Below, piece after piece: positions 62,422-64,000 of a stretch of 64,000 bases of DNA. The stretch's first letter is position 1. Each line of letters begins with the position of its first letter. Source of the DNA: Psilocybe cubensis (lineage: Eukaryota); contig CM039010.1 in the NCBI GenBank assembly GCA_017499595.2, forward strand, positions 248,001-312,000. Reading direction: 5' to 3'. Under the pieces are notes generated by a model. It was given only the letters and a program-made list of their open reading frames with translations, was not told the origin of the DNA and searched no databases. A program made the position numbers and the translations under genes.

Positions 62422-64000
62422 TCACCATAAGGATGGCTGCCAAGAGAGTGTTTCAAATAAATGTTCAAGCGTATGGTCTTCACCGACAAGGAAGCTTTTC
62501 TTCCCCACTTGCACATTGCCTTGAAAAGGTAGACCTGAAAGAACAATTTCGCCGACCTTGCGTCCGGGTCCTTGGAGAGGCAACCCTGCGACAGCGATGT
62601 TAACAGCTGCGGATCCAGAGAGCCCGGCCGTTGCACCACCAGACCCGAAAATAACCTATGAACCGACAAAAAACCATTTAGTGAGGCAACGTACGTATTG
62701 CAAGAAATATAAGATGTACCTTTCCGACAAAATTACTGAACTCTTTCTGTCTGCCAGGTAGAACTTGCACAGGAACATCGACAACCTTCGCTGAAATAGC
62801 GTAGCTCTTTCCTTCGCCTGGTCTAGGAACGACAGGGACACTAACCGAGACCAACCAGTCATCTGGCCTTATGTGTCCAAATGCCTTTTCAGGTAACGGG
62901 TCCGGGAGGGGGACTTCTGGCGGAAGATCTGGAGCACTGCTGTGCTTCTTATGCCAATCTATGGATGGTGGCACCTCGCCATCGAAGATGATTAAATCGG
63001 GTAGTACATGAAAAACTTCGAGGCCAACTGTAATTCCCGTAGGAAGGACCAGTCGTCCCTCCACAACACCACTGGCTAAAAACTGGCTACCGGTTGGGAT
63101 AATCTTCATGTCGCGGATGGTGACGTCACGAAGAATTCGTGGCCGAGGGTGTGGTGCTGGAAAATCAGCTTCCATATAGACGTCGGATATCAGGTCAGAC
63201 GACACAAGTACTGTATTGGATTCGCCTGATAGGTAACGGGAGACAAAGTGGGAGAGAACAGGAAAATGTTTTGTTGAAATAGGGAGAACTTCGCCAGACA
63301 TAGATACGGTAGCATTTTGAGGGGTAAGGCTGAACGGTAGTGTCGTTACAGAGGCAAGTGCGATGGCTACAGTATCTGGAAGAGATACTGTAAAAGGTAG
63401 TGACGGTACTGATAAGCTGAATGATGGTGGTGCTGGATTTATGACACTGGCAGTAGCCTGGAGATTGAGTTGGTCGTCATTGGAAGAAACGTTGAAGGAT
63501 TTGAGCGTAATTAGCTGTGATATAGGAGGCATATCTCTCCCAGGACGGGGAAAACCAGGTAAAGATGGAACTAAAAATGAATAAGTTAAGCGGGATGAAA
63601 ATGGACAATAATACATACGTTTTATCTGTAGTGGGGTGCGGATGTTGGAGAGTTTACTACTGAACCTGCGTCGCCAATCATACGAATTCAGGGAACCGCC
63701 CTGAATATTTGCTTGCCCTACACTTGTTCGTACGGAAAGTACGCCATTCTTCCACGAATTCTTCACGAATTGAAGCAATAAACTGTGATTGGAAGAGATT
63801 TGCACTCGTACTGGCTGTGACATTGGGGTTAACCAGGAAACATCATTCGGCGGTTCAACTGAAAGTGGTATTTCGACAGGCGGGATATCCAGGGTTGCAA
63901 GAACGATTGTTGGGTCGTATTCAGGTGATATTGAGATGGTGGTGAGGTTGACTGAGACTACATCCAGAGCACGCACACCCCACCGCCCAATAGACTTCCA
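62422..64000 (-). CDS. 3' part of a beta-rich protein resembling the Tag1/DUF3712-like family; truncated by the window edge
   Basis: ORF 62678..63976 (LPDPLPEKAFGHIRPDDWL, VVDVPVQVLPGRQKEFSNFVGK) is spliced to a last exon VIFGSGGATAGLSGSAAV...LSGLPFQGNVQVGKK...WQPSLW*. The family assignment is from recall only. Confidence 0.6.

Noticed and set aside
1-64000. Secondary-metabolite or RiPP gene cluster
   Set aside because: No PKS, NRPS, terpene synthase, prolyl oligopeptidase or repeat-core precursor was recognised. The KR in the secreted pair is single and followed by Pro.

Overview
Intron-rich fungal DNA: short GT-AG introns of about 50-60 nt and gene families typical of Agaricomycete basidiomycetes. 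I support about 20 protein-coding genes, several of which only appear after manual splicing. Recognisable genes are a membrane-anchored AA5 copper radical oxidase, an ACS-family MFS transporter, two convergent SNG1-like membrane proteins, ribosomal protein P1, GWT1/PIG-W, a Zn2Cys6 transcription factor, thymidylate synthase and MnSOD. Between them lie lineage-expanded accessory genes: two F-box proteins, tandem BTB proteins, tandem small Cys-rich secreted proteins, a multi-pass membrane protein and a NACHT NLR. The most notable observations are (i) a protein with two Pol-beta-superfamily nucleotidyltransferase domains, the first apparently dead and the second intact; (ii) an NLR whose short first exon encodes an amyloid-signalling-like motif; (iii) an 8-exon secreted thaumatin-like gene almost invisible in the ORF track; (iv) a MnSOD without a mitochondrial presequence that ends in SKL; and (v) a possible TA-flanked transposon relic with outward-facing tRNA-like boxes. 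No intact tRNA, rRNA or CRISPR feature was seen. All calls come from reading and translating by eye, with no database searches.
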